A program made the translations under genes and the position numbers. This document shows, piece by piece, positions 15,290 to 28,792 of a stretch of 64,000 nt of DNA (within the stretch, counting starts at the first letter, position 1; each line of letters opens with the position of its first letter). Origin of the DNA: Tubiluchus corallicola (Eukaryota; Animalia; Priapulida); the NCBI GenBank assembly GCA_030141605.1, contig JAQGDQ010000240.1:62001-126000 (forward strand). The letters are read 5' to 3'. The notes beneath the pieces were generated by a model, which saw only the letters and a list, made by a program, of their open reading frames with translations, ran no database searches and was not told the DNA's origin.

Positions 15290-16577
15290 GGAAAAAGGAT
15301 CACCATTCAAAGAAGAACTGGTAAAAGAATCAGCACGGTCAAAAGAGCCATCAGGCATAGGCCTACAGTTAAAGATTCACCCGAAAAGATAATGGCCCAC
15401 CAGTCAAATGACCACCAAATAAAAATTAACAAACCCGGCAAATGTCAACCAAGAAACCGTTTGAAATATTATTCGTAGAGGTTAACTATAAAGTTCTGCA
15501 TTATTCATTTGTCTGTTTGAATTGAATAATTCTATTGTACTATGAATTTAAAAACAAACAAAAAATTAAAAAAACTTAAACGTACAAAAACTTTTAAGTT
15601 TAAGTTTATTAGTTTTAGAAATTGTGTCTTATATTTACAAATATTTACGGTTTATTTGAACTAGCAATGTTCGCATTTGATTTGAGGTGAGAATGGCGTT
15701 ACTGTGCGAACTAAGTCTTAGCTTTAACTAGCCTTTTTCATTAATTAACACTAGACATAAAGCAGCAGTCCGTTGGAGCAAAGGTGTTACCGCGAGAAGA
15801 AAGAAAGATACTTCAGAGCAAAAGTGGTATTTGTAAGAATAGCATACCTAAACAAAGTTTTGATTGCAACTATGCGGGACTGCAACGATTGTATTATTTC
15901 GGAACCTGTCCATGACAGACATTAACTGAAATGAGACAGGAGTGAAATATTTTATACACTCCTTGCAACCAAGGGCAAACATCATTAAAGCATTTCCCAA
16001 CGACGACAAAGGACTTGAGAAGAATTCCGAAGCGCCAACAGGGCTATGTTAATAATCATGTAATTATTCGTGGAGGTAGTTCAAATAAATATCAAACTTA
16101 CGAATGAAAAGCCAGCGATCGCAATAGGGCAGCTCTAACACCCACCGTCTATTACAAAATGACAGTGATTACATTATTTAGTTAGTCTTTTATTTGTTAG
16201 TCACGTGCGCAGCTGAGTGCTCTATCTTTTTTGCAATGCTATGTACTTTTCTAATGTACGAAAAAAATTTATAAACAAAAATAAAATAAAAAGGAGTAAG
16301 ATATTTATCTATTATTAATTTATTATTATTATCAAATAGCATCAGTCACACTTTACTTAGTAAAATATTAACGGTAAGTAAAAGTTGCAATTTCGCTCAA
16401 GCTGCTGTCAGAACATCCACTGGTGGACCCCAGTCCACCGCTGACAGGTGGGCCTTTGATAACGTTGAAAGAGTTGAAGGTGGTTCGTTGACTGGTGGTC
16501 CTTTGTCCGTGGTGGTCCTTTGACTGGTAGTGATTTGACTGGTTGTTCCTTATCCGGAGGGCCTGTGACCACCCACC
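15290..16577. mobile_element. Fold-back/MITE-like element with inverted arms of ~15-bp units (consensus AAAGGACCACCAGTC / GACTGGTGGTCCTTT)
   Basis: Left arm ~15290-15420, right arm ~16417-16577; the reverse complement of 15399-15417 matches 16510-16528 at 18/19. Confidence 0.65.
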
Positions 16578-16946
16578 AAATAAAATAGTTCAGTAAATTG
16601 AACGTTCAGTATTAGACGTAATTGTCGTGAATTTAAAAGAAAATAGTAAAATACAGGCGGCCATAATGGCTTCACATCAAAGAATAATCTACACAAGCTA
16701 ATTTTAATTTTGGTAATAAATATTGACTAATATATAGTATAGCTTTTCGCGTAATTACTGAAGACAAAAAAGTGTACGTCTATAATAGAAGACGCAACAT
16801 GACACTTAGTACAACAATTAGTAGTTTTAAGCAATTTGTCAGCATGCTAAAATATCTGTGAGTTATAGTTCACCCTAGCCCAATTCACATTTCCGATCTA
16901 CATGAATACCCTACATTTCGAAGGTTGGTTGGTAAAAAAAACTTAC

Positions 16947-17050
16947 CGAAGTCGTGGAGAACTCGCTGATCATTCGCACAAATCTTGCAGCGCCATAAGC
17001 CATTAAGATAAAGAGATAGAAGCCGTCTGCTACCTCCTTACATTTACCAC
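16947..17050 (-). CDS. Candidate internal exon (GKCKEVADGFYLFILMAYGAARFVRMISEFSTTS)
   Basis: Acceptor tttctacaatcttatagtacag, donor TCG|gtaagt, 104 nt, only phase 1->0 open. Confidence 0.35.
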
Positions 17051-18462
17051 CTGTACTATAAGATTGTAGAAACTCAATGACATTTTGTTCGTTAATGTAA
17101 CAACCCCTTCACATCGAAATGATTTTTTTTTTCACACCAGTCAATTTCTTCAAAAATTCCAATGCCTAGAAAAACTTGCGGCAGCCACAGATAAATCATT
17201 GACTAACTTCTCCAATTACTTCACACAGTTATTCAGGCCAGTGGTAACGAGAAATAAATACAATGAATTGAATATGCAAGAACGTTGACCTTACGGTTGG
17301 CTTCATTTTCTGTTTCAACCTGAATGAGTTTTTGCCTTTGCAAAAAGTTACCTACTCGGTGCAGACAGTTTTGCAGATGTTAGGAAATTCTAATTACTTT
17401 TTGTAAAATTCAAAAAACGTTCGGGCAAGATCGTGGGAAAATGTTCACGACTTGTGTGAGCCAAAAACAACTCGCGTACGAAACCACAAATATGAAACGA
17501 AAAACCACAACAAGTGTGAATTCACGTGATATTTATCAATTATGGAACCAACTAAGTTTATAAAAATTAACAGTATCTTGAAACCAATCCTCTGTATTAT
17601 TAAAAACGGAATCATTGTTGCAATGGTCATCTGAAACAACCACCATTGTGAAAGACTAAGAAAAATTATATTATTTATAGCACCACTGACACTAAAAAAA
17701 CCTTGCACAATCTCATAGAAACGCTTGATGTTTGTTAAACTACTAACTTGTGTAAACAATTAGCTTATGAGAAACTTTTAACTCGTGTGAAATAACTAAC
17801 TCAGTGAAATCTCAGTCAACTCTTTTTCACGTCAACTCGTCGCCTGAAGCCAATATTAATAAAAAGCTAGTGAGAATTGAATGTCGCCATTTACATCTGA
17901 ATGAAAAACTACAGTAACCTTTACTGACAAGCAGACGAACAATTGTGTCACGTGACCCGCTAAACCAATACTGACTGGCTGGCGCTATCGATTGCACAAA
18001 GTGGAAACTTAACTAGAGCAAAAAATAAACACCATTTCAAGAAATTTAGAAGTGAGTACTGCCACACAGTTAGTTGTTGAAGTCGAGCCACTAACACGTA
18101 CATAAAGTCAGAACATTGCATTGGTTTCTGAGAAACCACTAACACTTTCATGAAATCAGAACACAGCCATTTATAGGCGAATTTTTTGAACAAGTGCAAA
18201 TTATTACACATTTGCCTGCCCGACGAGCGCTTTTTCCACAGCTTTGGTCAGAAATTACGCCACGCAATTATTGGCTGCTACAATCAGCGCCAGAGCCAGC
18301 AAGCTTAGGAAATTAAACTGGCTTCCTGGTAGCTGTCAGCTGAACGGAACAGTTACGTGAAGCCACCACAAAAGGGTGTTTAAACGAAGTGTCACCGAGT
18401 TCCGGTCATTTTACATTCGTTTGTGTAAAGGAACTGCAGCGCTAATGAACAAAAAATTATTC

Positions 18463-18618
18463 GCACATACACACCTACACGCACACACATACACGTACCC
18501 TCTCACAGCCACGCACCCACGCGCACGCACACCCACACATACACGCACACGTGCACACACACACAAGCACGCGCACACACGCACGCACGCGTGCGCGCGC
18601 ACGCACACACACACAGAC
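18463..18618. repeat. Degenerate (CA)n/(CACG)n alternating purine-pyrimidine tract
   Basis: Directly visible; explains ORFs 18376 and 18411. Confidence 0.93.
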
Positions 18619-20787
18619 AATCCGTTATTTAAAAGATTTAATTACACAATAACAGCTATTTTTAAAACTGTAGTTTTGCGTAACTTCCTTTGTAATCATT
18701 AGAACAATTTCAGATGCCTATAGCTCCACCCCTACTAGGCATTCAATTTCTCGCCTGGAAGAAGTTTGACAAGAACATATTTGCAGACACAGGCGTATAG
18801 CAATCCACTGTTGTCGTGTAGCATTAAACAGCCAAGTGTAGTATAATTACACGCGTCTATTCACAAATAACACAAGAGAGCTATACAAGCCAGGAGACTA
18901 GCAGCAGTTATCAAAGAGCCAGACTGCTAAGTCACTATATGTGAAACTTCAATAGAGTCTATGTAAATCAATAGTGCTTTATTTGCCCATAAATGGGAAG
19001 ACATGTCCAAAGAGCGGTCGATCCATGTCTTTTTCTGAAAGAAACCCCCTTTTGTGGGCATTTAGCGTAATAATCATTTATTTTAATATAATTGTGTCAA
19101 CTATATCAATGTATCGGCACATATTTTTGTGATAAGTTGTTGGTTGACTTAATGACCAACTAACAAACTTGCTAATTACAAAAAGAAAAAAATTAAGAAC
19201 AAACACGAAAGATTAAAGTACCAAATAAGCAAGCCATAAGAAACGAGATAAAAGCAAAGTCGGAATTTATAGTAAGGTTATAATAGGTTTTGAACGTTCG
19301 ATTTTTTATTACTTTAGAAAATGCAGACAGTCTGTAAGTGTAAAACAGCCGAGCGACAGAAGACGAAGATATTGCTTTTGTAGCAAGGTAACTCAGATGT
19401 TTGGAGTTCTGGGTAAAACGCACTGCCTAATGACGGAGAACTTTCTGCTAAAGAAAGAATTATCTAGAAATTTTTCTTAACTCTGGCAGTTCAACAATTT
19501 TTTTTTACAGCTACACCATTTTCATACTCTCCGGAAACCTAATTAATCGCGCTCTTATTAGACAAAAAAGCGATCCTGCTTACTTCAAATGCCAAAGAGC
19601 TTATTTCGGGGGAATATAAGAAGTGGCATTAGCAAACAACTGTAAATTACATTGTCAGAATATTTTACCGTTATCACTGGAAGGGCTTTAAAACTAATGC
19701 GATCCTAGTTAATTTGTTTCTAAATAAAAAACGTAACTGGGACAATATCTCAGGGCAAAAAGCCGTCTATTGAAGTCAACACACACCATTCTGGCGTAAA
19801 AGAGTTAAACTAAAAATGATGTTGTCAGAATTGATAGTTCTGTTTCTCAGAAAGCAGTACAAACAGCAAAATGTTCATCAGATCGTATAAATCAATCAAT
19901 TTTGCAAACAATCTTTGAAAATTCTCTAGAAAATGTCTAATGTAGCTATTAAAGTTTACCAGCTTCACTTAGTTCATTAATACTATCAGCAGACGGCGAC
20001 ATCCACGCCACAAGTAGCGGTAGTAGTACTATAATAGTAGTAGTAATTGTGCTACATGTATATTAGACAGCTATTAGACATTATAAGTTCGTGCCATTTT
20101 ATATCTCTCAAAAAACATAATTTCATCTAACAAGTTAATTATTTTTTTTACAAAATTCAAAAACGGAACAAGTAGTTGAACAAAAATTTATCACTCTCTA
20201 TCTACCTTAAACTGAACCGCTTGCTTATTTGAGTCGGCACGTATACCATCGGAATTGCTTTTATTACAATTATAACAAAAGTTTGCAACGGGGTTTACGA
20301 ATGTCCAATTAAAAACGTTAGCCCCTTATGATGTCGAGCGTGCCAAATATAGTATTGGTTCTCAAATCCGCGAATTTCCCAACGGAAGTTGCAACTAAAA
20401 TAGAAGCTTTTATATTTCTTACTACTTGTCATGTTTTCTTTTATAGTGAGAGAATCAGAAGAGAACAGAAAAATGCATTTGTTCTCGTTTGTAACTCTCT
20501 GTGTATGGTTGCGGCCAGGCTTCACAGAGCAGTATAGCAAGGATAAATGAATTTGGAAACATTAATTCGCTTTCAAAAAAGACATCGTCATAGTCATTGA
20601 AACATCTCAAGTGATAAATAGCTAAAACTGTGTTTAAAAGGTCTTCAAGCCATACTTCTTACGCCAAACTTTTTAACCAGAGTGAATGGCCAGGTTGAGC
20701 ACTATTTATAAAGGCATTTGCCCGGTAAGATTGTTTTCGTTTGGTGAAAATTGCTAAAGGCGTGTACTAATATGATAAACATTGTAT

Positions 20788-21737
20788 GGTGCACGGTAAA
20801 AATGATACAAGAAAAAGGGCACACATGGAAAAATAGAAAAAATGTCACGAGTACAAAATATGAACTGATATTTAGGGTTATTGTTGGGCTAATTAGGTTA
20901 GTTATTTTTATCTCTACCAAGGAACATGGATCAACACTATTTGTTTGTTTACTTGTTTGGTTGTTTTTGCCTGTTATATAGCAGTACGCCTATTACGCAA
21001 AAAACAATTAACAAATTTCTACGAATCTCTGTGGAGAAGATGGGAGACAGAGAGGGGATGAAAACTGCCAAAATGGGCATCTTTCGCTCGTTTTTGTCAT
21101 AAAACTTAACCGAACTCCACGTATAAAAATATTCGTGAAACCCTCACTTCGTGGAGGTCTCAGAGGGAGTATTATTGTGTGGAAAAAGCCAGACTTAGCT
21201 ACAAGAGAGGGTGATCCTTTTTTATTATCTCCACTAGGGCAAAGAACTACGAATTAATTCTAGGCTCCATTTTGAGAAATTTTCATATGGAAAAAGGGGG
21301 TCTATAACCTTTGTTTATAAATGTCTCTTACCATCATCAAAATTTAATGGTTAAAGAAATGTAGACACACAATATGTAGAATGTTCGTACATTATTGATT
21401 ATAATTCTATTTAATGAACAGCCTATGTAATACTTATACAAGTATAATATTATTTTTGTATGTTTGCTTGCTTCTCTTTGTTTTGTTTTTTCCTATCAAA
21501 AGAATCTGACGAAAATGTTTAGGAATTAGGATGTTTAGGGAAATGTTCGCCCGTAGTGGAGATCTGCTTCCTAGTGAGCCCATTCTAGTTTTGTGATAGA
21601 GATTATTTGCATGAAAGTAACATAGGTGCTATTTTCCTAATTTTCCATTTGTGACATTTTTCCTATGCTATTTTTACTTGTGCCATTTTAACATGCCATT
21701 TTTGCCTATTTTAAAATTCATTATTAATCTTACACCA
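20788..21737. mobile_element. Fold-back/MITE-like element with inverted arms of GGAAAAATGGCAC-like units
   Basis: Left arm ~20788-20860, right arm ~21626-21710; atagaaaaaatgtcac (20833-20848) is inverted at 21651-21666 with 15/16 identity. Ends approximate. Confidence 0.6.
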
Positions 21738-22167
21738 CAATTTCTTAAATACAGCTATTGATATACAGTAAATCAATGAATGAATGTACCGACAAATCAA
21801 TAACGGAACAAAGAACAAATGAGCAAATGAACAACCAGAGGACAAAGCAAAGAACGGAACAATAAAGTGACAAAGAGAACGAACGATCGCAATCGAATAA
21901 TTTTACCTAAAAAAAACGACGGAAGTATGAGAAAAGAAAGAGAAGAAAAACAAATAAACCAACAGAGTGAAGAGACGGGGGCGGTGAAATGGGCGGATGG
22001 ACAGACAGATATACTCGAACGAGCACAAGACTGAACAGTCAATTTAAAAGTTAATGCATGAAAGAGTGAAAGGAAACTCAGTAAACAAGTCGTCTGAACA
22101 GCATGGATATCGATGCTTAGTCTCTTTAAGATATAATGATCTTTTGGATCTTAAATACAGTATATCT

Positions 22168-22349
22168 TTATGGCGCTTCCGAAACCCTTTTGTTGATTTC
22201 ATTTATAGTTTTCAATATTTCCTTCATTAACATCGAATCTACAAGGTTTGCTATTTCATTGTACTTTTTTCCGTACGATGCGTCTTCTTTTTGCTGGTCA
22301 CCTAATTTCCAGCAAAATGTTTGAGTAATCGCAATGACTGATTCATTAT
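22168..22349 (-). CDS. Candidate terminal exon or decayed coding fragment (NESVIAITQTFCWKLGDQQKEDASYGKKYNEIANLVDSMLMKEILKTINEINKRVSEAP*)
   Basis: 60-codon frame ending in TAA with protein-like charged composition, phase 1 start; acceptor weak. Confidence 0.25.
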
Positions 22350-25192
22350 CTACTTAATTACGCCGCTAACTATTAATTGATGGCAACTTAATTACTGTTT
22401 TATTACTAGTAATTAGAGTTCGCTAGTGTTTTAATTAGAAGACGGGAGGCAATGAAATGTTTTATCGTCACAGTAAGACAAGATCTTCGAAAATTGATTT
22501 CAAACTCTGGCGTGCCAATTAAGCATTATAGACCTATTATAGATAATCTACAAGTAGTTAGTTACCAGGTTGTTCGTCTATAAACTGAGTACAACATCTA
22601 ATACCCAGCTAAAGAAACTAGGTAGTAGCATTCTTGGTGTGGAGTATGGGGACTGAATGTTGTCAACACAAAAATAGCTATCTACGTCGAGTAAAATATA
22701 AAGTACTTATAAATCCAATCAAATGAACTAACGAACATTTCGAAAATCTGTAACAGAGGTATTAGGAATGAAGGAGAGATTTCCCATCATGAATTTCCCA
22801 ACGTCCCACAATGCAATTCAGAAGTAGTAACGAGGTTTTGATGCGCGATTCTTATTGAATGAAATTATTCGCCACTGGATTTTTACTCTTTCGTGACAGA
22901 CTGGGAAATTAATACTCGTTTACCACGTCAAGTCTCTTAAAGAAATCTAGTTTGTTGCTGTTTATTTTTTGTCTCTAAGTGACAGGAAAGGATGTCAACA
23001 CTGCTTTGGCAAAAAAGTTCAACAACTAGTGAAACGAAATTGTTGTTATTATTCAGCAGATGTTGCTACTCACAAACGGTTTCCGGTTTATGCGAGGGTT
23101 AGATCGGTCTGCAGCATTTAATCTCGTTTCTAATAGTTTAGAAGACAGAAATTGATTAGATTGTGAAGTTTATTCTTTTCTGACATTAATGGATGTTGTA
23201 AGATTATATTTCCTATTTATTTTCCCATAGTAGATTATTGACATTTTACACGCTAAGACGTCTGAAATTTCTTTCCACGTCCATTTGATGTCACGATGTC
23301 CGGATCCTAGAACCGAGCGGTGCCACTTGGTCAACCAGCAAAAAGATCAATAGGGCATAAGTTGAAAGACGATAAGGGTTGATGGAACCGTGTAGTTGGA
23401 AGAGCAGCTTGATTTTATTTAAATAAAACTCGTAAAGGTCTTATAAACACATATGCACGGCTACTGTGCAAGTGTCAGCCAGCGATTTGTCAGGCGTGAA
23501 ATTACACGTTACATCTAAAGAAGGGGAGAGAGAGAAGGGCCGGGGAATTTCTTTAATTGCTCAAATATTTCAGCGATGTTGCTTCAATGCTATGCCAGCA
23601 GTTACAAGAGCTAACACTTCATGCAGTTCTTTGTAACAAAAGTAAAAGTAAAGTACAAAATTGCAAAAATACTGGTTAATACAGTATTGAAAATTACAAA
23701 AAAGGTCTGCATAGGGTATGTTAACTTTCAAAACTTGACGAATTTTCCACATTCTTTTTCTACTCGACCACCTTTTCCCCAGCAAAACGTTGCCACAAAT
23801 ATTTCCTAAGATTGAAAATGGACAGTTGAAACATTGTAAATGTAAAACGTATTTTCAAGGATTTTACAGATTAGCAAAAAACGTATCAAATGTGACGGGT
23901 CTACAGTATTATTGACTTAATTTTTATTATAGAATTAATTATATATCCATTTGTTAATTAATTAATTATTTGTAATTAACTAGTCTCTATGCATAGAAAC
24001 CACGCTATGTTCTATTACTATGTCGGTATAATAAGCACAACTTTAGAGTTGCTATACACTGGCGGAACATGGTATGGAGAATTCAATTATTCTCTGTTCA
24101 CCAGAGCCGCAGTAACTGGCTTCTCCTTGTCTGCTTGCGTGTGATATCCACGGCTTCATTGTGTGACAAATGGTTGTCCTGTTTTATTGCTTGACATAGT
24201 TTACCAAGTTGTAACAGAGTCGTAAAATTAGTCAGATGAATTACCCAGTGGACTGCTGGTTTTTGTACTTTTTGTGGTCGTGATGTTAGTGAACACAGTA
24301 GACTAAACTCCTTCCCAGTGATATTCTTTAAGGAAATATTAAGGGTGGATTGAAATCAAATCTTAATCACAATAATTTTAATAACTTTTTACATATTGGT
24401 TATTAACAAAACCAATATGTTTGGTTTGGTTTACTGGTTGCATGTTTGGTTTGAAACCAAACGATTAAAACGTTTTTAAATTTTCAAAAGAGCTAATGAG
24501 CTTCTTTTAATTATGTTACAGAGTTGGTGCGCTACTGTTGTAAAGTTTGGTATCCCACTGGCATGGATTTATGGATAATTGTGTAACTTTCAAAAACGAA
24601 ATTCGCCAGTTCCTAAAGCTACAATAAAACAGCTTAAAAATATTGAGTTCAGTCTACTTACGCTTAAAGCTTTTGTCGCGCTATAAGCCTTATTAGTGTT
24701 ACGTAAAACTAAAAATAGCCAAATCAAGCCGACGGTTTGTGAACTGTTGCAACTACTATGCGTAGCATTCCTATTAGAATTCTTTGATGAGTTATAGACT
24801 GACGGGATCCCTTTAACCTCTGTTTCTGAAACTTCTGTAGTTAAAAACATTCAGTGCTTGGTAAGACTTTGTTAGACCACAGATATCGGCAATTTTTGCG
24901 ACAAAAATGCATGCATAACAGAACTATGTTTCCTTGATCAATATTCTGTCAGTCTAAAAGGGACAGCTCGGGAAACATAGATTTTATGGAACAGATCTGG
25001 AATCTATAAAAGTTTCTTTTGTCAGTAAATTGCGTTTTCGGTTTTTCGTTGATGTGTGACAGTGGCAATCTGCAGAATGAGATTGCTATCTTGTTTCGAA
25101 TGTGCCTAGCATGAAATCGTCTTTGTAGAATTTATAATTTAATGTTTTTTTCTTTTTTTACCTACAATAATTTATTGATTTCAAGCAATATC

Positions 25193-25376
25193 CTGGATTG
25201 GGTGACTGAGTGGTCTAGATTTCGGACTGCAACCACGCAGTTTTGAGTTCGAGTCTAGTGGCTGCAAAAGCCTACATGCTATCGTTGTTTGTGTGTTGCG
25301 TGTTGTGTTGTCGCTAAATAGCCGTTAGAGCCAATGTTGTCTGTTGAAGGAGCGACGTGAATGAGAAGTGTCTTTT
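25193..25376 (+). mobile_element. tRNA-derived SINE, 184 bp, with 10-bp TSD
   Basis: A-box-like TGACTGAGTGGTCTA, anticodon-loop-like CTGCAAC, B-box GAGTTCGAGTC; flanked by perfect direct repeat AAGCAATATC at 25183-25192 and 25377-25386. Confidence 0.8.
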
Positions 25377-28021
25377 AAGCAATATCTAGATGACAACAGT
25401 AATGTAGTTTAATTTATTCATGTTAAAATTATTTTCTGGAGGCATCCTCACTTTTTTCCTTATTTGTTCGTCTATCTCTTCCTTCGTTCAACTTTTCTTT
25501 CCTTCTTCCTTCCTTTAGGTTTCCGTCTGGTCGCACATTTATTTTTGCGTTGTTTGTTTGGTTATTTAATCGTTTCCACGTTCATTTATTAATTTGTTCG
25601 TTTGTTTGTTTGCTATTCACTCATCCTTTCATTTGCCCACTCATAACGTGAGAATGTTTGGCAAAAGCGTCGGATAAGAATAGAACATTTCACATTTGAA
25701 CGCTTTACTTATTGTCACCTGCGCATGCGCACTGCAGTGCAATCATGCCGGTTCTTTTGATGTCCATTGCTTCCCCTGAATCACTCATAGAAGACAAGTA
25801 TTTCCTAATAAGGATGCTTTTATGCTCAAACTTTCTCATGATGCTTCTCTTGCTTATTGTCTAATCTATTTTTCTGCCAGTTACTGTAGCTTTAGAACAG
25901 TCTTATGAGATTTTGTCAATAGAAAGTTTCAAGCCCTCGGCTTATACATGCTATTTAATTGCTCGCAAATGTTGAAATCTGACAGCCGCGATGTTAAAAA
26001 ACTCTTACAAGATGAAACAGCTTTTATTTTTGCTATAGGAAGTTAATAACAAGGCGCTTTGTAACCCCTTCCTCGTAACTGAGTTGAATTCAAATCTGTA
26101 GTGAACGTAAGAGATATGTCTTATGTAAGAACAATATACCTGGAGCAACGGTAAGGCAAACACAGCAGAATAGGATAAGTTATATGGAATGCTTAGTTGG
26201 TTATGCAAATGGTGTGCGCTCGAAGCCATGCACAGATAAAGTATGTTGCTCCAGATAAAATAGGCGTACCGTAAGAAAAAACTTGTAAAACCTTCTGATA
26301 ATAATAGTCATTACTGCTGGTAAATTACTTTGAAATAAATAACCCCTAACTTCTTCGGTTTTTGCTAGATGGCTTACAAATAAATGTCTTGAACGAAAAA
26401 GCACGTGCAAACAGCTATTAAAAAGCACTAATACCTAATTCAGTCTGACAGCCTCTGTCAAAGAGCACGTCAGCCATTGAGGCATAAGCAATTACGTGGC
26501 GTCATCTACTGTTGAGTAAGTGAAGTGGGGGAGCTAGTTTTGCTCATATAAATCAGCTTTGATTGACTCTTCCTATTTGGAGCAGCCCTACAGGAGGTCT
26601 CCCAGAACATTTTTTATGTAAATATTTTAAATGGCCAAAAACAAATTATATGTGTATAAAAGTTTTAGATATGAATGACAGTTATACATTAAAAGTACAA
26701 TAATTTGGTCGCTATAACTGCATATTGATTAACAAACTAGCTGCGAAGAGCGCCATTCGAATATTAGTAAGCAGCATTGGTAATTACGTAAACGCAGTTC
26801 GTTATTCTATAGAACATTTGAACCATTGCTATCTATCCATCTTTTTACGCTGACTGGTTAATTCGCCGAAGATCAAAAATCTATATTGACGATTAACTTA
26901 TCTCTAAAATATTCCGCACAATCCATTTCTGCATTTCGAATTAAGCGAGCCTCTCACCCTCTTCTGTTTCAGTTTATGCAAAAGTAAGAAACTTGAATAT
27001 GATATACGTATGTTGTGAAAGTGAAGTAAATAATTCAGTAATAATTAGATCTTAGATACTTGGGATTAACAATGTTTTGCCATTAAAAAGCCGAAAATAG
27101 TAGTAGTATGAACGCGGTTTATGAAAAACTGCTGATAGAACAAAATAGTTTTCTAATAGCTTTGGAGATGGGAAAAGGTTATGAAAAGGAACAAAGTCGG
27201 ACGGAATGGAACAAAACATGTTGAGCTCCGAATGGCTAATAGTAAGAGGTGTAGTACTTTCTTCAATTCGTAAAGTTAAATAGTTTATTAGTGTTCGCTG
27301 TTGTAAGGCGTAACTAATATTGTTAGTATACTAGCATTTTACAACGTACAATGTGTGGTTTATTTTAATACATTAATAAACAAATTTTCAATAAGTTTTA
27401 AACAAAAAAAAAATTATTTAGCAAAGGACGCTAGAGAGAATCACGTATTCAGTTTATGACCTTTGACCAATACTTATTGTAAATTTTGCAAAAGTGGCTG
27501 ATGTAGCTGTTATGGTTTGGAACTTGGCAGCACTCATTTTATAACGTGATAAAATTAATCGTGCGTGTTACACGTGCAACAAACATTACAATTATGGTCC
27601 GTTGATAGACTGGTCTTGATCTTATACTCACAAAAAATTATGTGCAACTAACTTGAAATCTGCTGACTAAAAAGCAGCTTTATAAGTCAACGCCTGATAC
27701 GAGAACTACAAATAAATGATGGAAGCAAAATTTGTTGTAAAGCAACACCCACTTACAAAATAACAAAAAGCCATATACGTCGGTATTATTTGGTTTTAAA
27801 CTGCCAAGGTCAATCAATTTTAACAACTATTAAATTTTTATTTTAAAATAAATTTGTTTGGCATTCTTTTGGGGTATCAACAAAATATCTTGGCACTAAG
27901 TTTCACATTGCAGACTAAACATTCCTTTGTTTAAGAACAGAGAACACCAATTATTTTGACTCTTTCAAGTCGTTCAAATGTAATATTTTAATATGGGATC
28001 TCTGTTTCTACAGCCACTTAC

Positions 28022-28150
28022 CTTGTGCTCTCCTATAATTTCCGTATAGAAGTTTAGTAAATCCATGATTCACGTGCGTAAAATTCTGCTTAATGTTGTA
28101 GCTCAGCCCCAAAAATATGCGCGTGTGTTGAGTGTCAATATTCATCAGGC
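28022..28150 (-). CDS. Candidate internal exon (LMNIDTQHTRIFLGLSYNIKQNFTHVNHGFTKLLYGNYRRAQ)
   Basis: Acceptor gcgttctag, donor AAG|gtaagt, 129 nt, only phase 1->1 open. Confidence 0.4.
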
Positions 28151-28474
28151 CTAGAACGCTATAACTCTGGTAGCCGTTGATAGCAACTCGAAGTAATAAC
28201 TGTGTTGCTCAAGATACTCAAAGGAAACTACAAGCTCAACTTAGTTTTGACACCTAAGAGTCTGGCAAGAATCTGGGGAATTGCGTACGACAATTTGACC
28301 AAAAAATAAAAATGAAAGAGCGCACTTTCAATATCAATAGCCTGCAGTTTTCGTGTGCAACAGCAATTGCATGTTTAACTATCTCATTACATTACAATAA
28401 AAATCCCTATCACAAAATATGAAGTACATAGCACATGACGTTCCCGGTACATATTATAGATTTGTGGAGAGAAA

Positions 28475-28560
28475 TTAGTTTGTGTACTCACTACGGTAGT
28501 GAGAACCCCTTCCCAAAATACGTGACGTAAGTACGACGTGACGCAAGTGTCACACACCCA
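28475..28560 (-). mobile_element. Helitron-like 3' terminus
   Basis: Perfect palindrome CTCACTAC-G-GTAGTGAG (28487-28503); on the minus strand it is followed 8 nt later by CTAA|T, matching hairpin + CTRR + T. Confidence 0.45.
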
Positions 28561-28792
28561 ATCCGGTGGTGGCTGCAGAACTCATCACCCTTGTATATAT
28601 ACTACGCTTATTATATTTCATTGTTATTACTTGTACAGCATCAGAGTCATGTTACTTATGTTGGGATCCGAGCACAAATTGACAAGCCATACATGCTCTT
28701 GCTTAGAGCTTAGAAAAGCAGTGCAGGAACACATAAGAATCCGTAAAGGAAAATTCAGAACTATCTTCGTTTAAAAAATCTAGAGATTGTTT

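Noticed and set aside
17160-17440. Coiled-coil-like minus frame (LQRQKLIQVETENEANRK), possibly LINE ORF1
   Set aside because: Short, interrupted by stops, no diagnostic motif.
18088-18170. ~48-bp imperfect tandem duplication inside ORF 17960..18211
   Set aside because: Only two partial copies; no splice or coding support.
20871-20903. Interstitial telomere repeat
   Set aside because: Only one exact TTAGGG, and it lies inside a fold-back element.
23569-23628. Alternative terminal exon ELHEVLALVTAGIALKQHR*
   Set aside because: AAG acceptor is uncommon and it competes with other phase-1 candidates; cannot be chosen from sequence alone.
25196-25267. Functional tRNA-Cys gene
   Set aside because: Acceptor, anticodon and T stems do not pair; flanked by a TSD, so called a SINE.
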